A stretch of DNA of 64,000 bases from Raillietiella orientalis (taxonomy: Eukaryota), in contig JAYWIR010000036.1 in assembly GCA_036172245.1 (NCBI GenBank), positions 1,860,001 through 1,924,000 on the forward strand, given 5' to 3'. The notes under the pieces are model-generated. The model was given only the letters and a program-made list of their open reading frames with translations, was not told where the DNA came from and did not search any database. A program made the position numbers and the translations under genes. Every line of letters starts with the position of its first letter. Position 1 is the stretch's first letter. Of the stretch, positions 22,400 to 34,605 are shown piece after piece.

Positions 22400-25300
22400 T
22401 AAAAGCAATCACTCCAATCATGACCAGGTTCGCCGTTCATACCGATAGAGAAACGCTTATCGAGGCTTATCGAGATGGGCATCACAATTCAGGGAGGAGT
22501 GGTACGCGGCAAGGGCGAAACGTCCACACGGAGGTGTTATTCGCCGGCGTATGCGTGACCACGACTCAGCAGGCAGTGCGGCGATTCCTTTCCGGATACG
22601 GAGAAGTGAATTCAGAAACTACAACGGAAAGATCTCTGCCGACGAAATCACCAAAATTCAGCTGAACGAAGATGCAAACATCCCAGGACTGGTGCGCATC
22701 AATACGGACTTCCAGGAAATCTCCGTAAAATACCGCAATAGCCGGTATTTTGCTGTAAATATTTTCGCCATCGGGTGTGCGCATGACCCCGACCTCGGTG
22801 TTTCCGCTGTGGAAAGCACGGACACCAGATCAGAACGTGAGACCAACCTGAGGAGTGAGCCTTCTGTAAAACAACAACAACACACGCAAGGTAAAAATGC
22901 CCGGAGTTCGCAAACTGACTCACAATGCGTGGTCTCTCTTCCGTGAGAGAAAGAACTAAGATGGAGGCAGAACAGCCTCAAAAGAAGACGGCTCCCAAGA
23001 AGTAAAAAGGAAAAAAGGGAAGAGGAGGATGCCTGCTAAGGAGCAGCAGACCTCCGAAAGCATGACAGAAATTGCTGTGGTAGACAGAATGAAGGCAGCC
23101 GAGCCCGTCCCGGATATGCAGGAAATCCTGCAAATTACCGAGGAAGTGGCGAAGCTGAACGAGAAAGTCCGTCCATGGATAAGCGGAGAGGAGCAGATGA
23201 AACTCCTGCAGGACATCTGCAGAGTTCAGGAAAACATCAAGGAAGTGGCGAAGGAAGTCCAACGGGAGAAGATGGAAAACAAGCTCCTCGACGTACAGTC
23301 GAACTTCTGTGAGATAGTGAGCTTGGAAACGCTTTTACGCGAAGTTATCACAAAGGCAAATCAATCGACGGAAAAGCCCAAATTCACCAACATAGAGAGA
23401 TGCCGGAAGTGAAAAATCTTCTGCTCGGAGACTGCGGCGGTCTCCGCAACAGAGAAGATCAGAAAAACAAAAAAATGGATATCCTCTATGGCTTTGTTCT
23501 TGTCAACCAATAGGAGGATCGACATAGCCTCCTAAAATGTAAATGGACTAATAGACCAGGGTAAAAAAAAAAAAATAATGCGAATCATCGCACACGAAGA
23601 TATCGTGTGCCTTCAGGAGACCCACAAGATGGGTCTCCAGATGGTCCTCGAGATTGGAACGACGTCTGAACGTCCAACTGTTTGTCAGCAAGGGACAGAG
23701 GAAGAACCAGGATGTAGGGATCTTCGTGAAGAATGACCTCGCTCACACCATCCTGGAGACCTTTTGTCCCATGCCCGGAAGGATGTTCGGCTCACAATTC
23801 TCGGGTCCGCCGACGTTCCTGTGTTCTTGGTCAACCATGTATGGACCACACAAACAAAAGTATCGGTGCGCGGAGGCGCTTCACGGAGCACTTTCTGTCA
23901 AAAGGTCGCACCGAAGTACATATCCATCGTTGTGGGCGACTTGAACATCCTGGATAAAATCCCCCATTCTCAGGACACCGCAGGGAGGACGAAGTATCGG
24001 CGGCTGTTCGACGAGTTCGGGCTGCTGTGGCTAACAGTGAGCCATAAGCCAATCGACCACGTCTTCCACAGTTCCGAAATCGGAAATCGCATTCACGGTT
24101 TTTTCGACACGCAGACCCTGCTGTCGGATACCCACAGGTGCATTTCCCTAAGGACGGAAAATCCTCGGCGGAAGAAGGCCTCCAGGACGGCGATAAACTG
24201 CACGCCCGCCTGGTTCGAGACGCTTCCCTGTCACCAGGAAATCATCGATGCGACTCTGCTCACCGCCACATCCTCAGATTCGCCGACTGGGACAGTTTGA
24301 AGCATCGCGTCCATCTGTTGTGCAACTTGCAGTTCCGGGACAAGAGACACAGGAAGCCTATCGGGAACTGAACATCCAAGATCGCTTTCTTTCGTAGTAC
24401 TGGGAACATTACGAGAACCAATACGTCTTCCAAAATGTAAAAGGGAAATTCGGTGTCTTGTAGTAGAGGAATATGGTGGCAGACATCTGCATTGAGTACG
24501 ACAGAGAAAGCAGGTACACGTCGGAGGACATCATGGACGTCTTTCAAAGGCACTACACCAGTCACTTCTGACGACACGAACTATGCATAGCAAAACAAAA
24601 TGCTTTCCCATGTTTTCTGAACAGAAGGGTTCCCGAGAACCAACAGAAGAAGCTTGAAGACGAAATCTCTATGGGAGAGGTGAGGACTGCGTTTGCGGAC
24701 CTACTGAAAGATGTGACCACAGACCCTGATAGTGTTCTTATCACACGCAACCAGCGGTACCTGCATGCCTACATGAGTTTGTTTTATCAGTTGACGCTAT
24801 GCATCCGTAGAGAAGGAAGACTACTTGCATTCTTCTACGGAAGAATGGGGAGATTTCTGCCAAAAGGAGGTGACTTGACCAAAGTCACCCAATTGGGTCA
24901 ATCTCCAACCTGAATTCGGACGCCAAGTGGTTGGCGAAGATCTGGGACAACCGCTTAGGCGGGACCCTGTCCAGGCTAATTTCTCTGGTCCAGAAAGGCG
25001 CGGTACCCGGACGTTACATCTCGGGCAATGTCAAGTGGGTCCAGGGTACCATTAAACTCTGCCGATGCTCGGCGAGAACTCGGAACTGGGTTTCGCAGAC
25101 ATGGAGAAGGCTTTCGACACAGTCGAGCACAAAATGCTTGTAAAGATTCTGTGAATACTTCAGTGAATATTCTGTGAAAACCGGAACACTACAGCAACTT
25201 CGTGAAGATAGTACTCGAAGAGCCATATTTGCGGATTGAAATCAACGGACAGGAGACAGAAGCCATGTGGATAGGGCAAGGAATCCACCAGAACGACGCT

Positions 25301-25930
25301 CTCTGTCCGATGCTGCTTCTCATATACATGGAGGCACTGTCCTCGTTCATCATTAAAAGTATACGCCTCCACAAAATTAACATAGATGACCAGCAACTGA
25401 TCCATCTGGCCTACGCGGACGATCTCCTCTTTCTTCTTAAGGGGGAGAAAGACCAGCAAGAGTTTCCGGATGTGGTGGACCTTATGAAAGAACGATTGGT
25501 CCTAAAAATCAACGCCAAGAAGAGTCTTTTGCTTGTCGGAATCCTAGACCTTTCCGCGCTCGTGAGGCAAGGATTTAGAATGGTGAACATTATAAGATAC
25601 CTATGAATCTACGTCGGTGAGGACTCAGATTCCAAGCTGCTGTGGACAGAAATCCTAGGGAAGACCAGGGAGGAAGCAGCGAAGTACACTCGGGTGGACT
25701 TCAATATGAAGTGGAAAGCCAACCTTTGGAATAATGTTCTACTTCCAAAGATACTCTTCGGAGCCGCCTTCTGAAGATTTGATATGAACATCCGACATGA
25801 AGTGGAAAAGCTGCAGAGGAGGACTCCCAGAAATGGCTAGAGACCAAGACTTAAACATTTGTACCGTCCAAAGGAGGAAGGAGGTACCGGGATGAAGTTG
25901 CTTGAGCACTCTGTGGAACTCATGGATGCG
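22400..25930 (+). mobile_element. Family C L1/Tx1-like element, decayed, truncated at both ends
   Basis: ORF1 collinear with 48846-50030; ORF2 from 23488 with CLQETH, GDLN, IDHVF, LPKGGDLTKVTQ, KAFDTV, HLAYADDLLFLL. Confidence 0.92.
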
Positions 25931-25932
25931 CG

Positions 25933-26480
25933 ATTTTTCTTTATTGAATTATTCATTGCTACATTTGCCTTATTATTCTTGCTGTCTCTGCCAGTTCTAC
26001 CTGCTTCTTCTTCATGATTGATCAGCTGCTGCTTAATTGACTATGGCTCTGAGGTTGCCCTTTTCTCATGATGTATTCGATGGTGTCGCTTCCATCGTTG
26101 GGAGGATGTCCCAGCCTGTGCGTCCAGTAGATGTCTCTTCTTGCCCTCATGCAGCAGGATTTTGACAGTTTTCTTAGTTTTTTGGAGCCGTTTTCTTTGA
26201 TTCCAAGTAATACTTGCAAAGAATCACTCTTGGGATCCCATGATCCTAATGCCTTACGATGAAGACCTGCATCATGGCTGTTTTGCAGGTCTGGTTCATC
26301 ACGTTGATCGATACATCTGAAGTGGTGGTCCAACTCGATTGACCGACGTCGCAAATATCCACGAGCCACGCAGTAGGCTGCATCACAGCCCAGGACGCAG
26401 TTCTTCATCAGGGGATCGGATGAATGACAATGTTGCGCGCGGAGTTTAGCCGATGACTCAACACCGCGCGGACCACTGTG
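25933..26480 (-). mobile_element. 3' end of an RLE-endonuclease non-LTR retrotransposon (NeSL/Utopia-like)
   Basis: (FIV)xALGSWDPKSDSLQVLLGI...KLRKLSKSCCMRARRDIYWTH matches the GALGSW...LGI...SRxIY tail of RLE elements; UTR ends aataaagaaaaa. Confidence 0.7.
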
Positions 26481-26699
26481 GCACAACTGACAGAAGGCGG
26501 AAGGAATGCACGGACGGGCCTTTTTTTGTCGCTCCGTCTCGTTACTTCCAGACTATGTTTCTTATTGGTGTTGTGCGTTTGAAGAGAAACGAAATGCTAC
26601 AAGAAGCAATGGATTATCACGCGGGTGCGCAGGGGCGTCTATTTCATCGAGAGTGAACTTTCACGAATGACAGGGATTCGACCAGTGGTCTAGCTACGT

Positions 26700-27900
26700 C
26701 CACTCCATCAGGAGCCTGCCGTGTGGCCGATTTGCTGCCCGGTGAGGTCCTCCACAAGACGAGGGAACAAACAAAAGGAGAAAACACACAAAAAAATTAT
26801 AATAAATAAATTTTGTGGGTTGCAGGAAAGGATCATTACTTGCTGAGGGTGGTCTTCTGCATCCTTCAGAGGATGGCAGCAAGCTCACGCAGCTTGCAGT
26901 GATTCAGGTGAACCATCTCGTCGCCAACCTCATCAATTAAACGGCAGAGTGAACAGCATCTTTCTCGCTATGTCCTCTTCTTGAGAGACTCCAGGCAGCA
27001 AGGATACCGAGTCGCCAGCAGAAGGGTGCTAGAGAGGCTGATGGTCGAAGTTTGTCGAGAACGAGGAGGAATTTCAAAGCGTCCCTGGAGTTTCCTCCTA
27101 GCTTTTCTGTGAAGATGGCGAACTATTCTTAGAGGGCGCAATGCCGACATAATCTAGAAGTGGGGGAGAGGCGGGATTCACATTCATCTGGCACAGTTCA
27201 GGTCCATACACGCCCGTGTCCCATGATGATTGCGGGTGCTGTGCGGGTGGGTACGTAACAGTTTAACAGCGTCAACGCCGGCTCCTGCTACTTCAAGAGG
27301 AGACTGTGTCCGTCGGAGAGCACTAGAGTCCACTGCAGGTCTCTCTCCGGAATACCCAGGAGTTGATTGCAGCGCAAGATTCCTAGTAGGGGGCACTCGG
27401 GATCGCAACATCTATAAGCTTGCCTGTGGTCTACTAGCCGAGTCCTTTTCTCCTGGAGGAGATTTTTATTGCAATCTTTAATCTAGCAGCAGCTCTGATA
27501 TTCATAAGATCCCTCATGGAGAACAGTGAGACGGCAAGGAGGTTTGTTGCTGCTCAAGCACTGTTCCCGTGGTCTTCAAGGATCTCTTGGAGCGAGCAGT
27601 TGTTGTGAGGCCCGTGCAAGAAACTTTATGATTGTTCTGGGCATCGCTCCTGGTTCTTCATACGCGTACGAATGGTTTCCCGAAACCAGGCACAACAGTT
27701 CATATAGCAGCAGGAGTTCCAACTGTTGTTCGTCCTGGTGAGCGTAGCCATTAGTCGAAGCTGCAGGTCACAGTGGGAAATGTTGCGACGACGGCACGCT
27801 ATGAAAGACGCTAACTCTCGCTGTTGGTGGCTTGCTGGATGAGCAGGCGTGCGGGATCGCAACAAGTGCTGCTCTACATCTTTGCCTTCGTCCCTAACTG
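26700..27900 (-). mobile_element. Old family B-like ORF2 3' fragment plus UTR
   Basis: Terminal ...LRELAAIL*RMQKT resembles LVSILDRMQRT (53.9 kb); decayed zinc finger near 27150-27200. Confidence 0.55.
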
Positions 27901-28559
27901 GGGCGGATGCTTCAATCGCTCCAACGTCAGGAGGCCGAGTTAACCGTCCCGAAGTAGAGCGCAAAAGTTCTTCAAACAGACTCGGAACCTCCCCATGACT
28001 CAGATGGAGATCCTGAGGAGCCTTATTTAGCAATGGAGGTGAACCAGGAAGTCGTCCACGCCGTTCTGTGGCGAAATTTGCAAAACCGAATTCTCATAGA
28101 CATCCTCGTCATTTGAGTCAACCGTATCGCCAATTGCTGTCAAGCGTGAGTCAAATGACACTGTTGAATTTATTCTTAGTATCGACAAGTCTCGAGAAGA
28201 CACTGGTGCAGTGCTTGCTCCGCGCTCGCCAGCTCTGCTAGATACATGAGTACACGGCATCTCCGTCACCCGTGCTAACCAGGGTGACGGATACCTATCT
28301 CCATCGAACTGCGCCATATCAGTGGATTCCGCACCCTGTAAATCGTGGGTCGAATCTTCGCGAGAAGAGTTCCGCGCGGGAGACGAAAAGATTTGTAGCA
28401 GCTTGACAGGAGAGTCTCAATGGCTGCACGGACGTGCACTCCAGGGCGCACCATCGCCGCGCACGAAACGCCAACTCACACATCACGTGAATGCCCCACG
28501 TGATTGGGAGAATGCGCAGACTGCTTTGTGAGGGCCGAAAAGGAAAAACAGCGAAAAGC

Positions 28560-29840
28560 AAACTTCACGTAGAATGGGAGTCCCCAATTTGACGAAGACC
28601 TGGGCACAGCGTTTCCTGAGGAAAGCCCTGTGGGGCACTGCGAGGTCGCGGATTCGCATGGCAGACTTGCGCTGGGTCAAAATGCAGACTTGGGCGTTCT
28701 GACGCAGCTTCGCCGACCGAGAAGATCTGCTGGTACGTGGGCGGTACAAAATACAACGATTCGGTCCCCCGCTGAGGCAACTCCCCTCTCTATAAACCGC
28801 CCATCGATAGACCTGCTGCTGCTTTAGGAGTTCGAATGCCTGGAGGCAGAGGGCGGCTGTCTACTGGGATGCCAACGTGGGAATGTGCCTACTGGAACTT
28901 CTTCCCCTGCGTCTCTCCTCAACCATCTTTTGGGAGAGATGTGGAGGACCTGAAGAGGCGCAGAACCACGTCCGTCACATCTGTTGCCGCTGCGCTGCCT
29001 GCCCTAGGGGCAAGCGAGGGCAGTTGTCTCCTGGCGGGCAGCAAGTTCTCGTGCACCATTGCAGGAGACATCACACTCCAGGGTGGCTGGACGACGAGCG
29101 AGTTGGTGGGCGCCCCCTACTCCTCGTTCCCAAGAGATAGCCCACGTGGGTGTTGAGTGTGTCCCTAGTGGAAACTGTTGGTCCGTTTCCTCTGTTGGAA
29201 TATTTCGGTGCCCTCGATTCATTGAAGCGCCAGCTGCTGTTGTTTCTGCACTGAGGTTTCCTTTACAAGCAGCATGAAACCCTGGTTTCCGGGGGAGTTG
29301 CGTCCCCGAACTGCTAAAGGTGAGGGTCGGTGGAGTCGACCCCGCACCTGCTTCTGGACTGCGGTGGTCTCAGCAGATTGTGGCAGCATCCAGCAGGAGC
29401 GCTCCTGCACCAGGAGGGCACCGCCTGCGACCTACTGCGGAGATTCTTCGCGCGCGGCGGTCTCTTGGCTGGCGCAGCGATTGCAACGTTGGGCTGCGTG
29501 AGCGCCACCTTCACGGTCCGCCGCGTCTTGGAGAAGGAAGGGCAGCGGAGAACGGCCGCCTGCATGGGGACTGCCTAAGTGAGTACGGCCGAGAGGTGGC
29601 CACACCTAGAAGAGGAAGTCAAGGAGGTGGTCGGCAAAGTTCGGGGCCAATTCTTGGAGAAAGGAACGACCAAAACCGATGACCTCTGTTCTCACCCTTT
29701 TTATTTTCTTTTTGCACCCTCCTTGCGTTTCCGGGATGTTCACGAAGGAACGGCACATGGAGACACGGACTCTGTTCGGAGTTTTTTTGTTTGTATTTTT
29801 TGGTTGACCTCCTCGTCTACTCATTTCTCATTTTTGTTGT
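28560..29840 (+). mobile_element. Old family A ORF2 3' fragment
   Basis: RFLRKALWGTARSRIRMADL; ESTPHLLLDCGGLSRLW...LLRRFFARGGL; ERWPHL; T-rich UTR. Confidence 0.8.
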
Positions 29841-30248
29841 GACAAAGCTGCGTATCAGTGCATCCTGATCTTTTTGTTTTCCTTGGAGAACTCTTTTTCA
29901 AGAGGTTTCTACGTCGCTGAGAATAAAGTTTGCGAGCGTGACCGGCTGAGAAAATTTTGTGAGTTCTCTTCTCTAAGAACTTGTGCTTCCGCAAGAGTTC
30001 TTGTGGATCTCTAGCAGGAGCACCGCATGATGGAAACGCTGGCTTCCCGGCGTTCCCTCCATCGTTAAATGAGGCCGCAGGCGGTTAGATCTTACATGGC
30101 GCCTCATTCGATGTAGGCAATTCTTTCTATTATAGTGTCAGTGCTTCTTTCTCTCAACTCAGAAAATCCAGAATTACCGTGCATCACGAATATTTGTGGT
30201 TCACAACGAAGTCACTTTTATTTCGCGACAGTAATGAACGGCATTCTG

Positions 30249-30930
30249 CTATGGTTCCTGGTTACGAACGATGATGTACCTTTCTTCGGGTATAAAGTCC
30301 GTTGGATACTTTTTAAGGAAAAGGGTTCCCATCTGTAGCTGATTATTTTTTAGCTTAGGATGACTTTGGACCCGTATTTCGCATACATTTCTTGTATACT
30401 GTGGTGTCACCTGAAATCGTCTCTCTGCCGTGTGCTTCCTCAAAACAGTTTATTTTTTTACCTTTCTTAAGTAATCCGAACCACAGAAGCTGAAGTGCCC
30501 ATTTGTCATATTAAAGCTGAATTCAGGAAGATCATTTGCACTGGAACAAGGTACCTAACCGACTTGGGAAATCGAACCTACTGACACCTGCTACCCACCT
30601 TAATGGATCCGTCGCTCTTATCCGCATTGCGGATCTCTCCAGCGAATTTCTGAAAGGCTTCTTCAGAAAGAGCAATAACGGAATCTTTGAAGGAGAAACT
30701 GAGTGAACAATTATTGCTGCAGAGTTCCTTTGATCCTATTTTCACGCTGAACAAAGGTGATATCAGTGCTCAGCAGCTAGTCTAGTTATCTATCTGCCAT
30801 CTCTTACTTGGCAGTCGTGAAGTTCCAAGCTTCCCTATCTGTACTATTCAGTCTCAGATCGTTTGCATTCGTCTCCTGCCTCTTCATTCCTATCATGAGT
30901 TTTCCAACTTCGTGGTCTGCACTTGGCTCA
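30249..30930 (-). CDS. Pepsin-family (A1) aspartic-protease-like gene, C-terminal lobe, 4 exons, second catalytic motif replaced
   Basis: Exons 30930-30808, 30746-30599, 30554-30462, 30410-30249 splice in frame through GT-AG introns of 61, 44 and 51 nt: ...GKLMIG...WNFTTANVKIGSKELCSNNCSLSFSFKDSVIALS...VPCSSANDLPEFSF...DYLRK...CEIRV...MGTLFLKKYPTDF...*. Confidence 0.8.
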
Positions 30931-31492
30931 CTACAAGAAGGAGCGAGACGATTAGATGTAGTAGTAGTAAGCAAGCCATCATCAATTTTCCCAGTAATGT
31001 TGAAATCCACACATATTTGTGATGAGAAGGCATCATTTCAATGGAGTGAAAAAGCCACCAGGAAAATCCATTCCTTCAGACTAGATTGAGGAATGCGGTG
31101 TCAATGGTTAAGTGTGTTAGAAACGAAGCAGATAAAGAAGGAATATGAAAGCCGTCCTCCTATGGTAGATCAGCTGCTACATGAGATATTTTCATGAAAC
31201 TTTTAATTAATAATCAACGCAGGTTGTCTTAATAATCCACGCTGGCTGCCAACAAGCAAGCATTCTCTTTGGACAGCCAACCAGAACTCGTCCTTTGCTT
31301 TGTTCTTCCTGTGCAGTGTTCTCAGTTCTACTGATATGCAGCGAACTGCAGATTAGTCTAAATAATCGAGGCTAAACGAACCGCCTTTACAACTCCTCAG
31401 CTTTGGAGAGCTATTGCACAGAAGGTGATTTCGAGTTTGCAACCCTTCATCAATGGGGAAACTTGCTCTTTCGTCGGTCACCACAGGCTCGT

Positions 31493-31822
31493 CGATGGCT
31501 TCCCTTCACGCACGGTTGGTCTTTGGAACCGATTCAGTCTCGTGAAGACACGATCTCCGCACAAAGCATTTTTCACGCCGACCAATAAGAATTTCCAATT
31601 TTTTGCCTGCCAACGGCTCTTGGTGCGCGATCAAGTACCACCCACGCGTGCAAGACGTTGCTACACTTTCCAACTGTTTGCTTGTTTGGAGTGTAGCAGC
31701 TAACTGCCATCGTGAGGGAGCTCCTTCATGAAGATCGACGACCTCGGCCGCTTCCCGAATGCCACCGATGGAATCCCTTTCTTGGTATCGGGAAGTGTCG
31801 AGAAGCCACGAGAGAAAGCACC
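31493..31822. repeat. 330-bp block identical to 61686-62015
   Basis: Constant offset of 30193; translations identical in the three frames compared. Confidence 0.9.
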
Positions 31823-32519
31823 TCAAAGTCGAGGAAACGGAGAATCTGCACTCTGTGCTCTCCGTTTCCACGAGATTTCTGATTTGCTCTTTCTGCTTGT
31901 GATCAGAGAAAAAGGCATGTGTGGATGTGTGGATAGCAGGTAGTATCAGGTCGAGCCTTGCAGCGAGATGCGCGCAAAGTCGGAAGGAGTCGGCAGCGAG
32001 GAATTTTACATCGCGGAAGTCAGACAACGGAAAAGGCAAGAGAAACGTGCAAAAGAATCGTGGAGTTCTGTCGCCCTTCTCTCGAAGCAAAATGATTCCT
32101 TCATGAGTTCAGATTTCGCGTGAGTGCAGAAAAGATAATGTAAGGAGCAATTGCTTGAATTCCATGCTGAAGGTATTTGGGTTTTCATGGATACCTTCTT
32201 CCATGTCATGGTGCTGTGCTGGGAATAGTTCATACTCATGTGGTTCTCCCAGAATGTAATGTATAAAAATGAAAAACGTTTATAGTACTTGGATCAGTAG
32301 CAGTTCCAAAAGTCAGATATGCACTTTTGTACACTTTTCTCATCATCATACGAAAGAAGTTCATTGCATTAATCAGGAATTTGTTTTGTGAAAGAGGAAA
32401 ACCGGGAATCTGATCTCAAGCATTCCATTGAGGGTTCTTATTAGTAGACTCAAGAGCTTATTAGTGTCAAGAGCATGTTTTTCTTCATAGAAAAGAATCA
32501 TTTTTTCTGAGCATCTTAC

Positions 32520-33418
32520 CTGTACCAGTCAAAATGGAACCTCACGCCTAGCGGAAAAGGTATCAGACTTCCGAAATTCTTCATAAACACCATCGTTGAA
32601 AAAATCAACCATCTGGTAGGAGGACTGAGTCCATAGAACCCATCGAAATTTTGAGGAATACCAATCTGTCCAGATAGACTTCTCTTCAGTACGGTGAAAG
32701 TAACATTTCTGAAAATACGATTTGCTACCTGAAAGTACACGAAAAGTGCAGTTTCCAACAGAAGGAATAGGGAATGTTTCGCATTTCCAAGTTAGTGCTC
32801 CATCTCCACGGGATGACATTCTCCGAACGAGGTTCGCAAACTACACGCTCACATGCTCTTACACACTTTAGCCGCTAGTTTCTTGCAAGGAAAAAGTTCC
32901 CTATGTTGCTCCTAAGACCACAGGATATGCACAATTTAATTTTTTCCCGTTTTAAGGATTCAACGTTTCGATCCTATGACATACCCAAGCACTCATTTAT
33001 GCATTCAATTCTGAAATTACACTAAAGAAAGCGATCAAGGAACCACAGAACAAACACACAACTCAGCCTAGGAGCCATCTTGATGGCTCTCAGATTGAGG
33101 CCATCTGAATCAACACAGCATTAACTCCGTGAGAACCTACTTTAATCTCTTCCTTTCCAACGATGTCAACTTCTAAATCTCTAGCTTCCTCCTTCAAGTC
33201 TAGCGCCACAAATGTTTTCGAACTGGAAGTTCTATATTTCAAAGTATCACCTGAAAAACAGAATTCCATATCATTTTGATGACTCGTAGGTGAGTGTAAG
33301 CACCTTTCACAGAGTCACTGCTATCCTCCGAAACAACCAAAACGTCAAACCTTTCGGCATTTAAAAGAAGAGCAACAGTTTTCTGGGGTTGTCCGATTTG
33401 AACCTTCACGTAGTTGTT
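32520..33418 (-). CDS. Pepsin-family (A1) gene, N-terminal lobe, 3 exons, first catalytic motif replaced
   Basis: Exons 33418-33304, 33250-33141, 32728-32520 are phase-compatible: NYVKVQIGQPQKTVALLLNAERFDVLVVS / KYRTSSSKTF / VANRIFRNVTF...FDGFYGLSPP...FHFDWY; TTTCAG and TTCCAG acceptors. Confidence 0.75.
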
Positions 33419-34543
33419 CTGGAAGACAGAGAAGGAACCTCAGCAGTCAATGTTTGTGGTTCCCACACGCACTCACATAAAGTCTTCTGGAAAGTTCGCT
33501 TTGCACCCTTTCTCACGCACGCACATACGAGACATCGCGCAAGATATTCCCCTCGCGGTACCTTCATGATTCCTTTCCCACCCCTAAACCAGACAAGGGA
33601 ACGGCCCCCGAATGGGTCATCCTCCACACGAAGATCACTGGATTTTCTATGATCTGCATCGGTGAGAAAGCCGTCCCGAAATTCCTTCCTGGGTGGCGCG
33701 ACATCCTCTCAATGAGAGAGAGTGGACTGAATGCACCAAAGCGTCCACATAGCCACGTCGTTGTCCACGCTGGGGACCATACTTTATTCTGCAAACAACA
33801 CCCCTGCATTGGGCGGCTGCTGCGAAGTCTCGGAATACCCCTCAGGCCACCCTGGGGCTCCACATCAGTTCTCATGAAACCGACGCACCCATATCGAAAG
33901 GGAAAGCCGTGTGGCTGCCCCCAGCAACGACGGAATGTCGTCAAGGATGAAGCGCAAAGCCCACAATGTTACCAAATGGTGCTTTCCTCCGCTCATAACG
34001 ATGCTTATGAGGCTCCCAGATGGATACTTCCAAGCTGCCTCCAAGATGGATACAGCTTGGAAGCCAACTCTGCTGTTGGAAGGACATGCAGCCCGGGAGC
34101 TGCATCTCTGCCTGTGCTCGAACGCACTGCTAAAACAACTCACCGTGCCATCACTGAAGACGGGCATTTCGTACTCCTTGGCTCGTCTTCTTGCTTCCTC
34201 GCACGTGCATGGACATCTGCAGTCAAATTCCACTTGTTCATTGACAGCGCGCAGTAACTCCGACTTCTTGGTGGGCCTTGAAAGATGAGAAGACCTGATA
34301 AAGTGAGGAGGAAACTAAGGCAGTTAGTTCCCAAAATGTGTTTTCTCTGCAGAGAACGATCTTCAAGCAAAGCATAGAAATCACTTGACACTCTTCTGTT
34401 TACGGAAATTTTCTCCTACTATAAAGGAAGCAGAAATGCATGCAGTTTGGCTTCCAATCACAAGAAACAATCGCACACCCAAAGAACCTTTTCCAAGAAG
34501 TATGACACAGACTTTCCACCAAAAATGAAGCACAGAGCTGTAC

Positions 34544-34605
34544 CTCGCAGCTTCTCCGAAAAAGTAGCCAGCATGGGCCAAGAGGAGTCCCAGGATGAGC
34601 TTCAT
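34544..34605 (-). CDS. Possible first (signal peptide) exon of the pepsin-like gene
   Basis: MKLILGLLLAHAGYFFGEAA followed by a GT donor; I could not resolve the linking exons. Confidence 0.35.
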
